Origin: a plasmid
Length of the DNA: 27,424 bases
Sequence record: NZ_CP063322.1
Strand: one strand, 5' to 3'
A program made the position numbers and the translations under genes. Shown here piece after piece: positions 9,138 through 17,085 of this stretch (position 1 is the stretch's first letter; each line of letters starts with the position of its first letter). The notes beneath the pieces were generated by a model. That model saw nothing but the letters and a program-made list of their open reading frames with translations. It had not been told where the DNA came from and ran no database searches.

Positions 9138-9757
9138 GGGGTGTTCTCCATGGGGGTGGAACGCGAGGCCTGAGACAGGTAGCGGTAGGCCGTCGCTCGT
9201 CCGATACCGAAGGCGGCGGCGAGTTCTCGCACGGGCTCGCCGGTGGCGGCGAGTCGCCGAAGTTGCTCTTGCCGTTCCCGATTGAGTTTCGGTGGCTTAG
9301 TGACCGGCAGTTGCCGGCTGCGGCGGGACTCACGCGATGACGCACGGCGTTCCCGTCCGAGTTCGAGTTCTAGTTCGGCGAGTGTGGCCATGATCGCTGC
9401 GACGGCACGTCCAGTCGGGGTACTCGTATCCACACCTTCGCGTAAGGCGCGCAACAGGATTCGACGCTCGCTCAGCTCTGCGATGGTGCGGGTGACTTCG
9501 GCGACGGAACGGCCGAGTCGGTCGATGGCGGTGACGACCACGGTGTCGCCCTCGCGGGCGAAGTGCAGCAGACCCGCCAGGCCGGGCCGGTCGGTGTTCA
9601 CGGCACCCGAGAGCTTGTCGGTGAAGACCCGGTCGGATTCGACGCCCTGAGCAGCGAGTGCGGCCAGCTGCACAGCGAGGTCTTGGCCCGCGGTGCTCAC
9701 GCGGGCGTATCCCAGAAGCGTTGTCACGACTCCTACCGTCTCATTGCCCAGCGACAT
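9134..9757 (-). CDS. Serine recombinase (resolvase/invertase family)
   Basis: N-terminal catalytic domain LLGYARVSTAGQDL...VFTDKLSG...RPGL...REGDTVVVTAIDRLGRS. C-terminal HTH RELAAAFGIGRATAYRYL. Start at ATG 9757; alternative GTG 9 nt downstream is preceded by AGGAG. Confidence 0.85.
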   Translation of the reverse strand: MSLGNETVGVVTTLLGYARVSTAGQDLAVQLAALAAQGVESDRVFTDKLSGAVNTDRPGLAGLLHFAREGDTVVVTAIDRLGRSVAEVTRTIAELSERRILLRALREGVDTSTPTGRAVAAIMATLAELELELGRERRASSRESRRSRQLPVTKPPKLNRERQEQLRRLAATGEPVRELAAAFGIGRATAYRYLSQASRSTPMENTP

Positions 9758-9774
9758 CGACGATCTGAGACACG

Positions 9775-9870
9775 CCGTGTGAGACGAGAAATGAGACACC
9801 GCGACCTGGCGCGATGCGACCACGACGTTGGCCGCGAAGGCCTGTCTCGTTTCTCTAGAAACGAGACAAG
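9775..9870. other. res-like recombination site: perfect 26-bp palindrome TGTCTCGTTTCT-CTAG-AAACGAGACA plus related GAGACGAGAAATGAGACAC subsite
   Basis: Seen directly at about 9843-9868 (palindrome) and about 9781-9800 (related half-sites), immediately upstream of the resolvase start. Resolvase genes are typically preceded by multi-subsite res with TGTC-type dyads (established knowledge). Confidence 0.5.
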
Positions 9871-9877
9871 GCCGCCC

Positions 9878-10567
9878 CTATCCGCGTTTCAAGGCCTGGT
9901 CGAGTGCCGTGGTTAGGTCGTCGTAGCTGCGCGGCTGGATGCGCTCGTCGTTGATGAAGAAGGTGGGGGTTCCTTGCACGCCGAGTGCGGTGCCGTCGGC
10001 GATGTCGAGTTGGATGCGTTCCAGGGTTGCGGGGTCGTTGTAGGTGGCGTCGAAGGCCTCCATGTCCAAGCCCAGTTGTTGCGCGAAGCCGCGGAACACG
10101 TTGTCGGCGGGGGTCTGTTGCTCGCCCCACTCGGCTTGTGTCTCATACATTTTGCGGTACATGGCTTCGAGTTGGCCTTGGCGGGCGGCGGCTTCGACCG
10201 CGCGTGCGGCACGTTCGGCGTTGAAGTGCGAGCGCAGCGGGAAGTAGCGCAGCACGAAGTTCACCCGGTCGCCGTATTCGGTGCGGAGCTGCTCGACGAC
10301 GGGATAGAGCGCCCGGCAGCCTTCGCATTCGAAGTCGAGGAACTCGACGAAGTAGACCTCGCTGTCGGGGACTGAGTTGAGCCGGTGACTGTTCTCCCTG
10401 ACCGTCTGGCCGGCTGGCGCCCCCTGGTCGAGTGCCACCCCGGACTCCGGGTTCGCGTCGCGGACGGAGAGAAACACCACGGTCCCCACGGTTGCGACTG
10501 CGATGACGAAGATCGTGAGGAGCACGCGGGTGTTGGTCAGGATCGAGGCGAGGCCTTTCAACTTCAT
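9878..10567 (-). CDS. DsbA-family thiol:disulfide oxidoreductase with N-terminal TM/signal anchor
   Basis: CxxC active site FECEGCRA in a thioredoxin-fold context (VYFVEFLDFECEGCRALYP...GVQGTPTFFIN). N-terminal hydrophobic helix. Start at MKLKG. The ORF's upstream extension is discounted. Confidence 0.8.
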   Translation of the reverse strand: MKLKGLASILTNTRVLLTIFVIAVATVGTVVFLSVRDANPESGVALDQGAPAGQTVRENSHRLNSVPDSEVYFVEFLDFECEGCRALYPVVEQLRTEYGDRVNFVLRYFPLRSHFNAERAARAVEAAARQGQLEAMYRKMYETQAEWGEQQTPADNVFRGFAQQLGLDMEAFDATYNDPATLERIQLDIADGTALGVQGTPTFFINDERIQPRSYDDLTTALDQALKRG

Positions 10568-10591
10568 ATCGACGTACTTTAGTATGTCAAT

Positions 10592-10975
10592 ATGTCTGAG
10601 CCGATCGATACCTGCGATCTGCTGTGTTTGGACGTGCCCCACGCAGAGGAAATTCGGGCCGCGGTGCCCGACAGCGCCACCGTGCAGGCCGCCGCGGTCG
10701 CGGCGCGCGGGTTGGGGGATGGCACTCGGTTGTCCATTGCGGCCGCGTTGGCCACCGGCGAGGAATTGTGCGTCTGCGACATGGCCTGGGTGGTCGGGTT
10801 GTCTCAGGGTTTGGTGTCGCATCATCTGCGCCAGCTCAAGAATGCGTCACTGGTGTCCTCGCGCCGCCAGGGGAAGTTGGTCATGTACAGGCTGACCGAG
10901 CGCGGGCGCCAGTTGACGGCCGCGGTGCTGACCGGCGTGGCCGCGGTTGCTGGAGAAATTCCGAATCATGGCTGA
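10592..10975 (+). CDS. ArsR/SmtB-family metalloregulator, CadC-like (N-terminal Cys pair plus alpha3 CVC)
   Basis: ELCVCDMAWVVGLSQGLVSHHLRQLKNASLV is the ArsR HTH with the CVC metal-site motif. The N-terminal TCDLLCLD supplies Cys8/Cys12, as in the CadC alpha3N Cd/Pb/Zn site. Divergent from the dsbA-like gene. Confidence 0.85.
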   Translation: MSEPIDTCDLLCLDVPHAEEIRAAVPDSATVQAAAVAARGLGDGTRLSIAAALATGEELCVCDMAWVVGLSQGLVSHHLRQLKNASLVSSRRQGKLVMYRLTERGRQLTAAVLTGVAAVAGEIPNHG

Positions 10976-11125
10976 GGCGCATTGCCGCCCGCAGTCCGAC
11001 GCCGAATTCCGGGGCGGCCCTGAAAAGCGTTGGCAGCGTTGGCACATCGAGGACATACAGCTGGTATCGGTGGCCGACGTGCTGTCGGTTACCGAACTGT
11101 CGACCGCAAGACAGGAGCGGCTGTG

Positions 11126-11470
11126 ATGCCGAGGATTAGTGCGCAGGCCCGACTGGTGTATCGACGCGAGATGGACGCCGCCACCAGAGCCGAAGATTCG
11201 TTGGTGCGGTGGCGACATCTGGAGCGGGCTCACATCGTGTCGCAGCCAGATCCGTGGCTGCACACCTGCAACCACGCCGCCATGCTGGTGTTGGCCGTGC
11301 GCCAGCACGACCGCCGCGAGGCACTCGGTCAGGTGTTGCGCCTCATTGTCGCTGCCCCTGGGTCGATGACCGGCCGGTATCCCGTCGGCAACACCGGCCG
11401 CGTCACGGCAGGGCTGATGACACCGATGCCCGTCCCCGATGATCTCGCCGCAGCCCTAACCAGCAGCTGA
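11126..11470 (+). CDS. DUF3703-like small protein (metal-resistance-associated family)
   Basis: RLVYRREMDAATRAEDSLVRWRHLERAHIVSQ resembles the DUF3703 signature (..W.HLERAHIlSQ). AGGAG lies 8 nt upstream of the ATG. Family call from memory, moderate. Confidence 0.5.
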   Translation: MPRISAQARLVYRREMDAATRAEDSLVRWRHLERAHIVSQPDPWLHTCNHAAMLVLAVRQHDRREALGQVLRLIVAAPGSMTGRYPVGNTGRVTAGLMTPMPVPDDLAAALTSS

Positions 11471-11484
11471 ACACGGCACGACGA

Positions 11485-11508
11485 CCGGGCACGCAAATTC
11501 CTGCCCGG
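11485..11508. terminator. Hairpin CCGGGCA-(10)-TGCCCGG between convergent genes
   Basis: Perfect 7-bp stem seen between the DUF3703 gene (+) and the tlpA-like gene (-). No strong T-run, so the terminator role is tentative. Confidence 0.3.
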
Positions 11509-11515
11509 TGAGGTG

Positions 11516-12112
11516 TTAGCGCTCGGTGGTCAGCCGATCCAGGAGCGGCCGGAGGTCTTCGGCTAGTAGTGCCATGAGGTACACCGCGGCGACCCTGTGT
11601 TGGCGGTCGAGGACCATCGTGGTGGGCACCACGCTGGTCGGGTAGTTGCGTCCCAGGGTGATGAGGCTGCGCAGCGAGGGGTCAAATATGGAGGGGTATT
11701 GCACGTTGCGGTCGGTGACGAAATCGCGTGCCGTGTCGCGGTTGTCGCGTACGTCGATGCCGAGGAACTGCACGCCCCGGTCGCGGTATTCGGTGTACAC
11801 CGTTTCCAGTTCCGGAGTTTCGGTGCGGCATGGCGCACACCAGGAGCCCCACACGTTGATGAGGACCACTTTCCCGGTGAAGTCCGACAGTCGGATCGGT
11901 TCGTCGGTGAACAGATCGGGTCCGGTTAGATCGCCGATGGTGCCCCGTGCCGAGGGAGGGTCGTAGAAGATTGCGGTCTGGCCGCCCGGCGAGACGAAGT
12001 CGAAGGTGCCGCCTTGGGCTACGGCGTCCTCGCCGGTGGTGCAGCCGGTGACCGAGGCTGTAGCGACGACAAGGGCTGCCACGACGGCGACAGCTCGCCT
12101 GCGGCTAAGCAC
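11516..12112 (-). CDS. TlpA/ResA-like thioredoxin-fold lipoprotein (thiol:disulfide oxidoreductase)
   Basis: WGSWCAPCR active site. Lipobox-type signal AALVVATASVTGC. Redoxin fold. Confidence 0.8.
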   Translation of the reverse strand: MLSRRRAVAVVAALVVATASVTGCTTGEDAVAQGGTFDFVSPGGQTAIFYDPPSARGTIGDLTGPDLFTDEPIRLSDFTGKVVLINVWGSWCAPCRTETPELETVYTEYRDRGVQFLGIDVRDNRDTARDFVTDRNVQYPSIFDPSLRSLITLGRNYPTSVVPTTMVLDRQHRVAAVYLMALLAEDLRPLLDRLTTER

Positions 12113-12168
12113 GAAACTCCTCCACGACCGAGTGTTGACGCCGATTCCCCGCCGGTGTTCGGGGCTGC

Positions 12169-12774
12169 CTAGTTCTCAAAGGCGAGTCCGCTGATCAGGA
12201 TGAAGATGCCCAGGCCGATCAACACGATCGGGAACAGGACGTGTTCCCAGCGTTCGAGGACCTCGGCGATCGGCCGGCGGGTGGCGACGAATCTGGCGGC
12301 GATGACGAGGACCGCGACGAGGACGAGGAAGACCACGCAGTAGGCCACCACGGCCGCAGGTCCCACGCTCAGGAAGACCGGAACGTAGACGCCGATGTTG
12401 TCCCCGCCATTGGCGAACGTGACTGCTGCGACGGTCCAGACACCGACGTTCTTGCCGGCCACCTTGCCATCGTCGTCATCGTCATCGTCATCGTTGCCAC
12501 GCCAGGCTCCCCATGCCGCCCACAGTCCCAGGGCCAGGGGTATGAGCCCGAAGTAGGGGATGACGTCGGGGGGAAGGAACGCTCCGGCGCCCAGCGTGAC
12601 GAGCACCGCCGCGCCCAGAATCCCGGCGAATCCCAGGTATTGGCCTGCGGTGATCCGAGCCGTTGTCCCGCGTTGTCCCGCGCCGCGGGCGAAGAACAAC
12701 GACAGCACGATGATGTCGTCGATGTTGGTGACGATGAACAGGCCGATCGCGGGCAGAACGGACGACACGATCAT
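12169..12774 (-). CDS. cadD: CadD-family cadmium resistance transporter
   Basis: LFIVTNIDDIIVLSLFFAR...AGQYLGFAGILG and ANGGDNIGVYVPVF match CadD (Pfam Cad) conserved blocks. The central loop carries a D9 poly-Asp run. Confidence 0.8.
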   Translation of the reverse strand: MIVSSVLPAIGLFIVTNIDDIIVLSLFFARGAGQRGTTARITAGQYLGFAGILGAAVLVTLGAGAFLPPDVIPYFGLIPLALGLWAAWGAWRGNDDDDDDDDGKVAGKNVGVWTVAAVTFANGGDNIGVYVPVFLSVGPAAVVAYCVVFLVLVAVLVIAARFVATRRPIAEVLERWEHVLFPIVLIGLGIFILISGLAFEN

Positions 12775-12841
12775 GGGGCTGCCCCCGTGTCTGCGGTGTC
12801 ACGTGCCCGCCCGCGAGCCGCAACGCCGGTGTGGCCGGCGG

Positions 12842-14806
12842 TCACGACGGCATGCCCACCGGCGCCGCGCGGGTGGGGCTGGTTGCCGGATCGACCAGTG
12901 CGGCCAGGGTTTTGGTGCGCCCGGCCCGCACACCGTTGGCGATGACCACGATTTCGGCGAGTTCGTGGATCAGCACCACGGCGGCCAGTCCGAGCACACC
13001 GAACAGCGCCAGCGGCATCAACGCGACGATCAGGCCCAGGGACAGGCCGACGTTTTGCAGCATGATCCGCCGCGCCCGGCGTGCGTGGGTGAACGTTTGG
13101 GGCAGGTGGCGCAGGTCTTCACCCATCAGCGCCACGTCGGCGGTTTCGATGGCCACGTCGGTGCCCATCGCGCCCATCGCGATCCCCACGTCGGCGGTGG
13201 CCAAGGCGGGAGCGTCGTTGACGCCGTCGCCGACCATCGCGGTGGGGCGCTGGGCCCGCAGCTGTTCGATCAGTCGCGCCTTGTCTTCGGGACGCAGCTC
13301 GGCGTGCACGGCCTCGATCCCGACGTCGCGGGCCAACGCGGCGGCGGTGGCGTGGTTGTCGCCGGTGAGCATCGCGACGTGGTAGCCGTCGCGGCGCAGC
13401 TGGGCGACCACCTCGGCGGCCTCGGGGCGCAGTTCGTCGCGCACGGCGATCGCACCGATGACCTGGCCGTCGTCTTCGACGAGGACCGCGGTGGCGCCCG
13501 CCTGCTGCATCCGCGCGACGTCACCGGCGAGCGGGCCGGGATCCAGCCAGCCGGGGCGGCCCAGGCGGATGGTCCGCCCGTCGCGATGTCCGGTGAGCCC
13601 GGCACCGGTGACGGCCTCGACGTCGGTGGCAGCGTTGACGTCACCGACGGCGGCGAGGATCGCCGCGGCTAGCGGGTGCTCGCTGCGCGCCTCCAGGGCC
13701 GCCGCCACATCCAGCACCTGCTCGCGGGTGGCGCCGCCGGTGGTGGCCACGTCGATGACGGCGGGCCGGTTCGCGGTCAGCGTGCCGGTCTTGTCCAGTG
13801 CGACGCCGCGGATCTTGCCCAGCCCTTCCAGCGCCGCGCCGCCCTTGACCAGGGCACCCAGCTTGCTCGCGGCGCCGATCGCGGCCACCACGGTGACCGG
13901 CACCGAGATCGCCAGGGCGCACGGTGAGGCGGCGACCAGCACCACCAGCGCACGCTCTATCCAGGTCGCTGGGTCGCCGAGCAGGCTGCCGATCCCCGCG
14001 ATCAACGCCGCAGCGATCATGACCCCGGGCACCAGAGGCTTGGCGATCCGGTCGGCCAGGCGTTGGGAGGCGCCCTTGCGGGATTGCTCGGCCTCCACGA
14101 TCCGCACGATGCGGGCCAGAGAGTTGTCCTCGGCCGTGGTGGTGACCTCCACCTCGAGTACCCCGGTGCCGTTGATCGACCCGGCGAACACCTCGTCACC
14201 GGGCCCGGCTTCCACGGGAACGGACTCACCGGTGATGGCCGAGACATCGAGTGAGGTGCGGCCCTGGCGGACGATGCCGTCGGTCGCGACACGCTCACCC
14301 GGCTTGACCAGCATCCGGTCACCGATCCGCAAATCCGCTGTCGCAACGGTCTTTTCGCCGCCGTCACGCAGCACCGTGGCCTCGTCGGGGACCAGCGACA
14401 ACAGTGCGCGCAGTCCGCGGCGCGTGCGCGCCAGCGAGTATTCTTCGAGGCCCTCGCTGATGGAGAACAGGAAGGCCAGCATGGCGGCCTCACCCACCTC
14501 ACCGAGGATCACCGCGCCCACGGCGGCGATGGTCATCAGCGTGCCCACCCCGATCTTGCCCTTCGCCAGCCGCGTGAGGGTGGACGGCACGAAGGTGTAG
14601 GCGCCGGCCAGCAGCGCCACCGCTTCCAGCGTGAGGACGACCGGCTCGGCGGCGTCGAGCAACCCGGCGATCACCGCTGCCAGCAGGAACACCCCCGAGA
14701 GGGCGGCGAACTGCAGTTCCTTGATCTGCCAGAGCTGCTCGGGCTCACGCTCCTGCTCGTCGGCGCCGCGGGGTTCGTCGTTGCCGCAGCCGCAGGCATC
14801 GCTCAT
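12842..14806 (-). CDS. P1B-type heavy-metal-translocating P-type ATPase, SPC-motif subtype (CtpD/CtpJ-like, Co/Ni/Zn/Cd class), no N-terminal HMA domain
   Basis: DKTGTLT phosphorylation motif, TGDN, GDGVNDAPAL hinge, TM4 ASPCALAIS (SPC rather than CPC). Short N-terminus MSDACGCGNDEP. AGGAGG RBS 7 nt upstream. The start overlaps the cmtR-like stop (ATGA). The ORF extends upstream to 15193, but that part is antisense to the regulator and is discounted. Confidence 0.9.
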   Translation of the reverse strand: MSDACGCGNDEPRGADEQEREPEQLWQIKELQFAALSGVFLLAAVIAGLLDAAEPVVLTLEAVALLAGAYTFVPSTLTRLAKGKIGVGTLMTIAAVGAVILGEVGEAAMLAFLFSISEGLEEYSLARTRRGLRALLSLVPDEATVLRDGGEKTVATADLRIGDRMLVKPGERVATDGIVRQGRTSLDVSAITGESVPVEAGPGDEVFAGSINGTGVLEVEVTTTAEDNSLARIVRIVEAEQSRKGASQRLADRIAKPLVPGVMIAAALIAGIGSLLGDPATWIERALVVLVAASPCALAISVPVTVVAAIGAASKLGALVKGGAALEGLGKIRGVALDKTGTLTANRPAVIDVATTGGATREQVLDVAAALEARSEHPLAAAILAAVGDVNAATDVEAVTGAGLTGHRDGRTIRLGRPGWLDPGPLAGDVARMQQAGATAVLVEDDGQVIGAIAVRDELRPEAAEVVAQLRRDGYHVAMLTGDNHATAAALARDVGIEAVHAELRPEDKARLIEQLRAQRPTAMVGDGVNDAPALATADVGIAMGAMGTDVAIETADVALMGEDLRHLPQTFTHARRARRIMLQNVGLSLGLIVALMPLALFGVLGLAAVVLIHELAEIVVIANGVRAGRTKTLAALVDPATSPTRAAPVGMPS

Positions 14807-15216
14807 CGGCGAACCTCCTGCGTGCCCGTCGTCGTCGCGTCGGTGCGGGAGCGGGTTCCGTAGGTGGGGCACAGCGCCACGGCATTGCCGGTGGCGGCGA
14901 GCAGAGTTTCGGCTGAGGCCAGCAGGTCGAGCAGTTCGGGGCGGGTCAGCGAGTAGAACACCTGCCGCCCCTCGGGGCGGCCGGTGACCAGTCCGCAGTC
15001 CCGCAGGCACGCCACATGGGCCGACACGGTGGACTGGGCCAGGCCCAGCTCCCCGATCAGGTCGACGACGCGGGCCTCCCCGTCGGCCAGCCGGCGCACG
15101 ATCGCCAACCGAGCCGAATCGGAGAGGCTGTGAAACAGCGCCACCGCAGCATCCAGATTCGACGTGGTCCCCGAGGTGCCGCCGGGGAGGCACGCATCCG
15201 TCTTATTTATCGCCAT
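14803..15216 (-). CDS. ArsR/SmtB-family metalloregulator, CmtR-like (Cd/Pb sensor)
   Basis: LAQSTVSAHVACLRDCGLVTGRPEGRQVFYSL parallels CmtR ...VSNHLSCLRGCGLV...GRQVRY (alpha4 Cys pair), with a C-terminal ALCPTYG Cys. It sits directly upstream of, and is translationally coupled to, the P1B ATPase. Confidence 0.85.
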   Translation of the reverse strand: MAINKTDACLPGGTSGTTSNLDAAVALFHSLSDSARLAIVRRLADGEARVVDLIGELGLAQSTVSAHVACLRDCGLVTGRPEGRQVFYSLTRPELLDLLASAETLLAATGNAVALCPTYGTRSRTDATTTGTQEVRR

Positions 15217-15231
15217 AAGACGATGATAGCC
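15199..15231. promoter_or_regulatory. Candidate leaderless promoter/operator of the cmtR-like gene: TATCAT -10-like hexamer 6 nt upstream of the ATG, plus IR CGTCTTAT-(8)-ATAAGACG spanning the start codon
   Basis: Coding-strand GGCTATCATCGTCTT-ATG. The IR is seen directly. ArsR-family repressors bind 12-2-12-type dyads overlapping their own promoter (established knowledge). The leaderless interpretation is inference. Confidence 0.4.
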
Positions 15232-15233
15232 GG

Positions 15234-16217
15234 TTAGCAGCGATACTTCGAGGCGGGGTCGGGTGCCGATGCCCGCGCATCTCCGTCCGCTGTCGTGGAC
15301 GTGAGGGTGCAGCCGCCGCCGCGGGTGAACGGGTAGACCATCTGCCGGAGGTAGCTGGTGGGGTAGTCGGGTTTGGCGGCCATGCCGAGTTGGGTGGAGT
15401 CGAAGCGTCGGGCGGGGTCATAGGAGTAGGTGCGCATCAGGTGGTCCCACACCAGGGTGAACAGGCCGAAGTTGACGTCGCCGATGCCGGCCCATTTGAG
15501 GTGGTGGAAGCGGTGGCCTTCGTTGAGTGCCAGGACGTGCTTGGCGGGGCCGATGCGGTAGTCGGCGTTGGAGTGCTGCAGCAGCAGCTGGATCGCCACG
15601 GCCAGCGCCAAGACGGAGGCGACGTCGACGGGTAGGCCGATCAGGATCAGGGGTGCGACGCCGGCGGCCATCTCGACGGTTTGGTGCAGGGGGTGTTTCA
15701 TCAGGCCGTTGAGGCCGTAGAAGCGGGTGATGCTGTGGTGTACCGCGTGGAAGCGCCACAGCACGCCGATCTTGTGGCTGGCCAGATGGACGACGGTGAT
15801 GCCGAGGTCCGCGATGAGGATCGCGGCGAGGACCTGGGCGACGAACGGCCAATTGTGGGGCCACAACTGGGGTGCGGGGACGATCGCGGCCAGTAGCGGG
15901 ATGGCGGCGACGCTGGCCAGGATGAGGGTTTCGTTGACCGCGACGTGGATGCGGTCGCGGCTGCTGTCGGCGCGGTCGTGGTTCCACTCGGGGTCATACG
16001 GGATGACCCGTTCGACCAGAAACGCCGTGGCGATCGCGACAATCAGAATGGCCAGGAGCCAGTACTTCGGGGCGCCGGCCGCGGCCAGGGCGATGCCCGC
16101 GCCGTTGAGGCCGATCAGCATGAACGGCACGTAGCCGTAACGGGCCACCGCCTGGACCGCGGCGGTAGTCGTCGATGTCGGAGAAATCGTGCTCATGCCG
16201 TGAATCGTCGTGGTCAC
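15234..16217 (-). CDS. Fatty acid hydroxylase / sterol desaturase-family integral membrane di-iron enzyme
   Basis: Three histidine boxes: HLASHK, HAVHHS, HRFHHLKW. Multiple TM helices. Confidence 0.8.
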   Translation of the reverse strand: MTTTIHGMSTISPTSTTTAAVQAVARYGYVPFMLIGLNGAGIALAAAGAPKYWLLAILIVAIATAFLVERVIPYDPEWNHDRADSSRDRIHVAVNETLILASVAAIPLLAAIVPAPQLWPHNWPFVAQVLAAILIADLGITVVHLASHKIGVLWRFHAVHHSITRFYGLNGLMKHPLHQTVEMAAGVAPLILIGLPVDVASVLALAVAIQLLLQHSNADYRIGPAKHVLALNEGHRFHHLKWAGIGDVNFGLFTLVWDHLMRTYSYDPARRFDSTQLGMAAKPDYPTSYLRQMVYPFTRGGGCTLTSTTADGDARASAPDPASKYRC

Positions 16218-16244
16218 GCCTGTGTCGGCGCTTGAATGATTCGG

Positions 16245-17015
16245 CTACCCGCTGTCGAGGTCCCAGGACACGTGCCGACTGAGCACCGAGGGCGGTAGGC
16301 CGAACATCTCGCGGGTGGTGCGGGTGAGGTGGGCACTGTCGGCGAACCCCGCACCGTGGGCAGCGCCGGTCAGGTCGTCCCCGGCCTGGACGCGAAGGAT
16401 CGCGGCCCGCAGCCGTGACCACAACACGTAACGGCGCAGCGGGATGCCGACCTGCTCGGTGAACAGATGGGTCAATCGGCTCGCCGAGAGGCCAACCCGT
16501 GCAGCCAGTTCTGTGCCGCTGACCGGGCCCGCCGCCACCAGGTCGGGCAGCAGCCGCAACGCGTCAACGACGGCGGGATGCCGCGCCATGTCGTCTACGG
16601 CCGGAACGGGCGCCAGGTGCGCGATCAGCTCGTCGACCACCGCGGCCAGCGCTCGTCGACGGGTGGAACCCAGTACCGGGGTGACCGTCCACCCGGAGCG
16701 GACCGCACGGGAGTGTGCGGCCCGTCCCGGCTGCGATTCCGGCTCCAGGAATATCACCGTTGCCTCCTGGGCGCCGGCCTCGATCCGGTGTAGCGCGTCG
16801 GCGGGCACGACCACCTTCGTGGCGCGGTGTCGCGCGCCGTGCTCGTCGAGCACGCTGAAAGACGTTGTTGCGGTGATGATCTGAACGGCGTGGTGGGCAT
16901 GCACGTCCGTGGGACCGATCGATCCGGCGAACGCCAACACCCCCGGCCGCAGCAGCGCCGCACCACCCCAGCGCGGTTCAACGCTGAGATCAGTGCCGGG
17001 CCTATTCATCGTCAC
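16245..17015 (-). CDS. AraC/XylS-family transcriptional regulator
   Basis: C-terminal double HTH: GTELAARVGLSASRLTHLFTEQVGIPLRRYVLWSRLRAA...GFADSAHLTRTTREMFGLPPS. Start set at GTG 17015 (in frame) because of the conserved upstream element. ATG at 17009 is the alternative. Confidence 0.8.
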   Translation of the reverse strand: MTMNRPGTDLSVEPRWGGAALLRPGVLAFAGSIGPTDVHAHHAVQIITATTSFSVLDEHGARHRATKVVVPADALHRIEAGAQEATVIFLEPESQPGRAAHSRAVRSGWTVTPVLGSTRRRALAAVVDELIAHLAPVPAVDDMARHPAVVDALRLLPDLVAAGPVSGTELAARVGLSASRLTHLFTEQVGIPLRRYVLWSRLRAAILRVQAGDDLTGAAHGAGFADSAHLTRTTREMFGLPPSVLSRHVSWDLDSG

Positions 17016-17035
17016 AAAACGATGATAGCGTTCCA
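17003..17035. promoter_or_regulatory. Candidate leaderless promoter/operator of the araC-like gene: CGCTATCATCGTTTT-GTG plus palindrome TCATCGT-CACAAA-ACGATGA
   Basis: Seen directly. It shares an identical 11-mer (GCTATCATCGT, 15/16 with flanks) with the element at the cmtR-like start. Same 6-nt spacing from TATCAT to the start codon. Confidence 0.4.
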
Positions 17036-17085
17036 GATAGATCGTTTGTGGGCGATGCCACCCGCGATCGTCGATCATTCGGACG

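Noticed and set aside
12661-12680. Perfect 10-bp tandem duplication (CGTTGTCCCG x2) inside cadD
   Set aside because: Checked against CadD block spacing (FFAR ... GQYLG). The reading frame and the length of the connecting segment are normal, so it is not a frameshifting duplication. Likely just low-complexity coding (AGQRGTT).
13458-14600. 380-aa plus-strand ORF antisense to the P1B ATPase
   Set aside because: Ser/Ala/Pro/Arg-rich nonsense. The ATPase frame carries DKTGT, TGDN, GDGVNDAP and the SPC motif.
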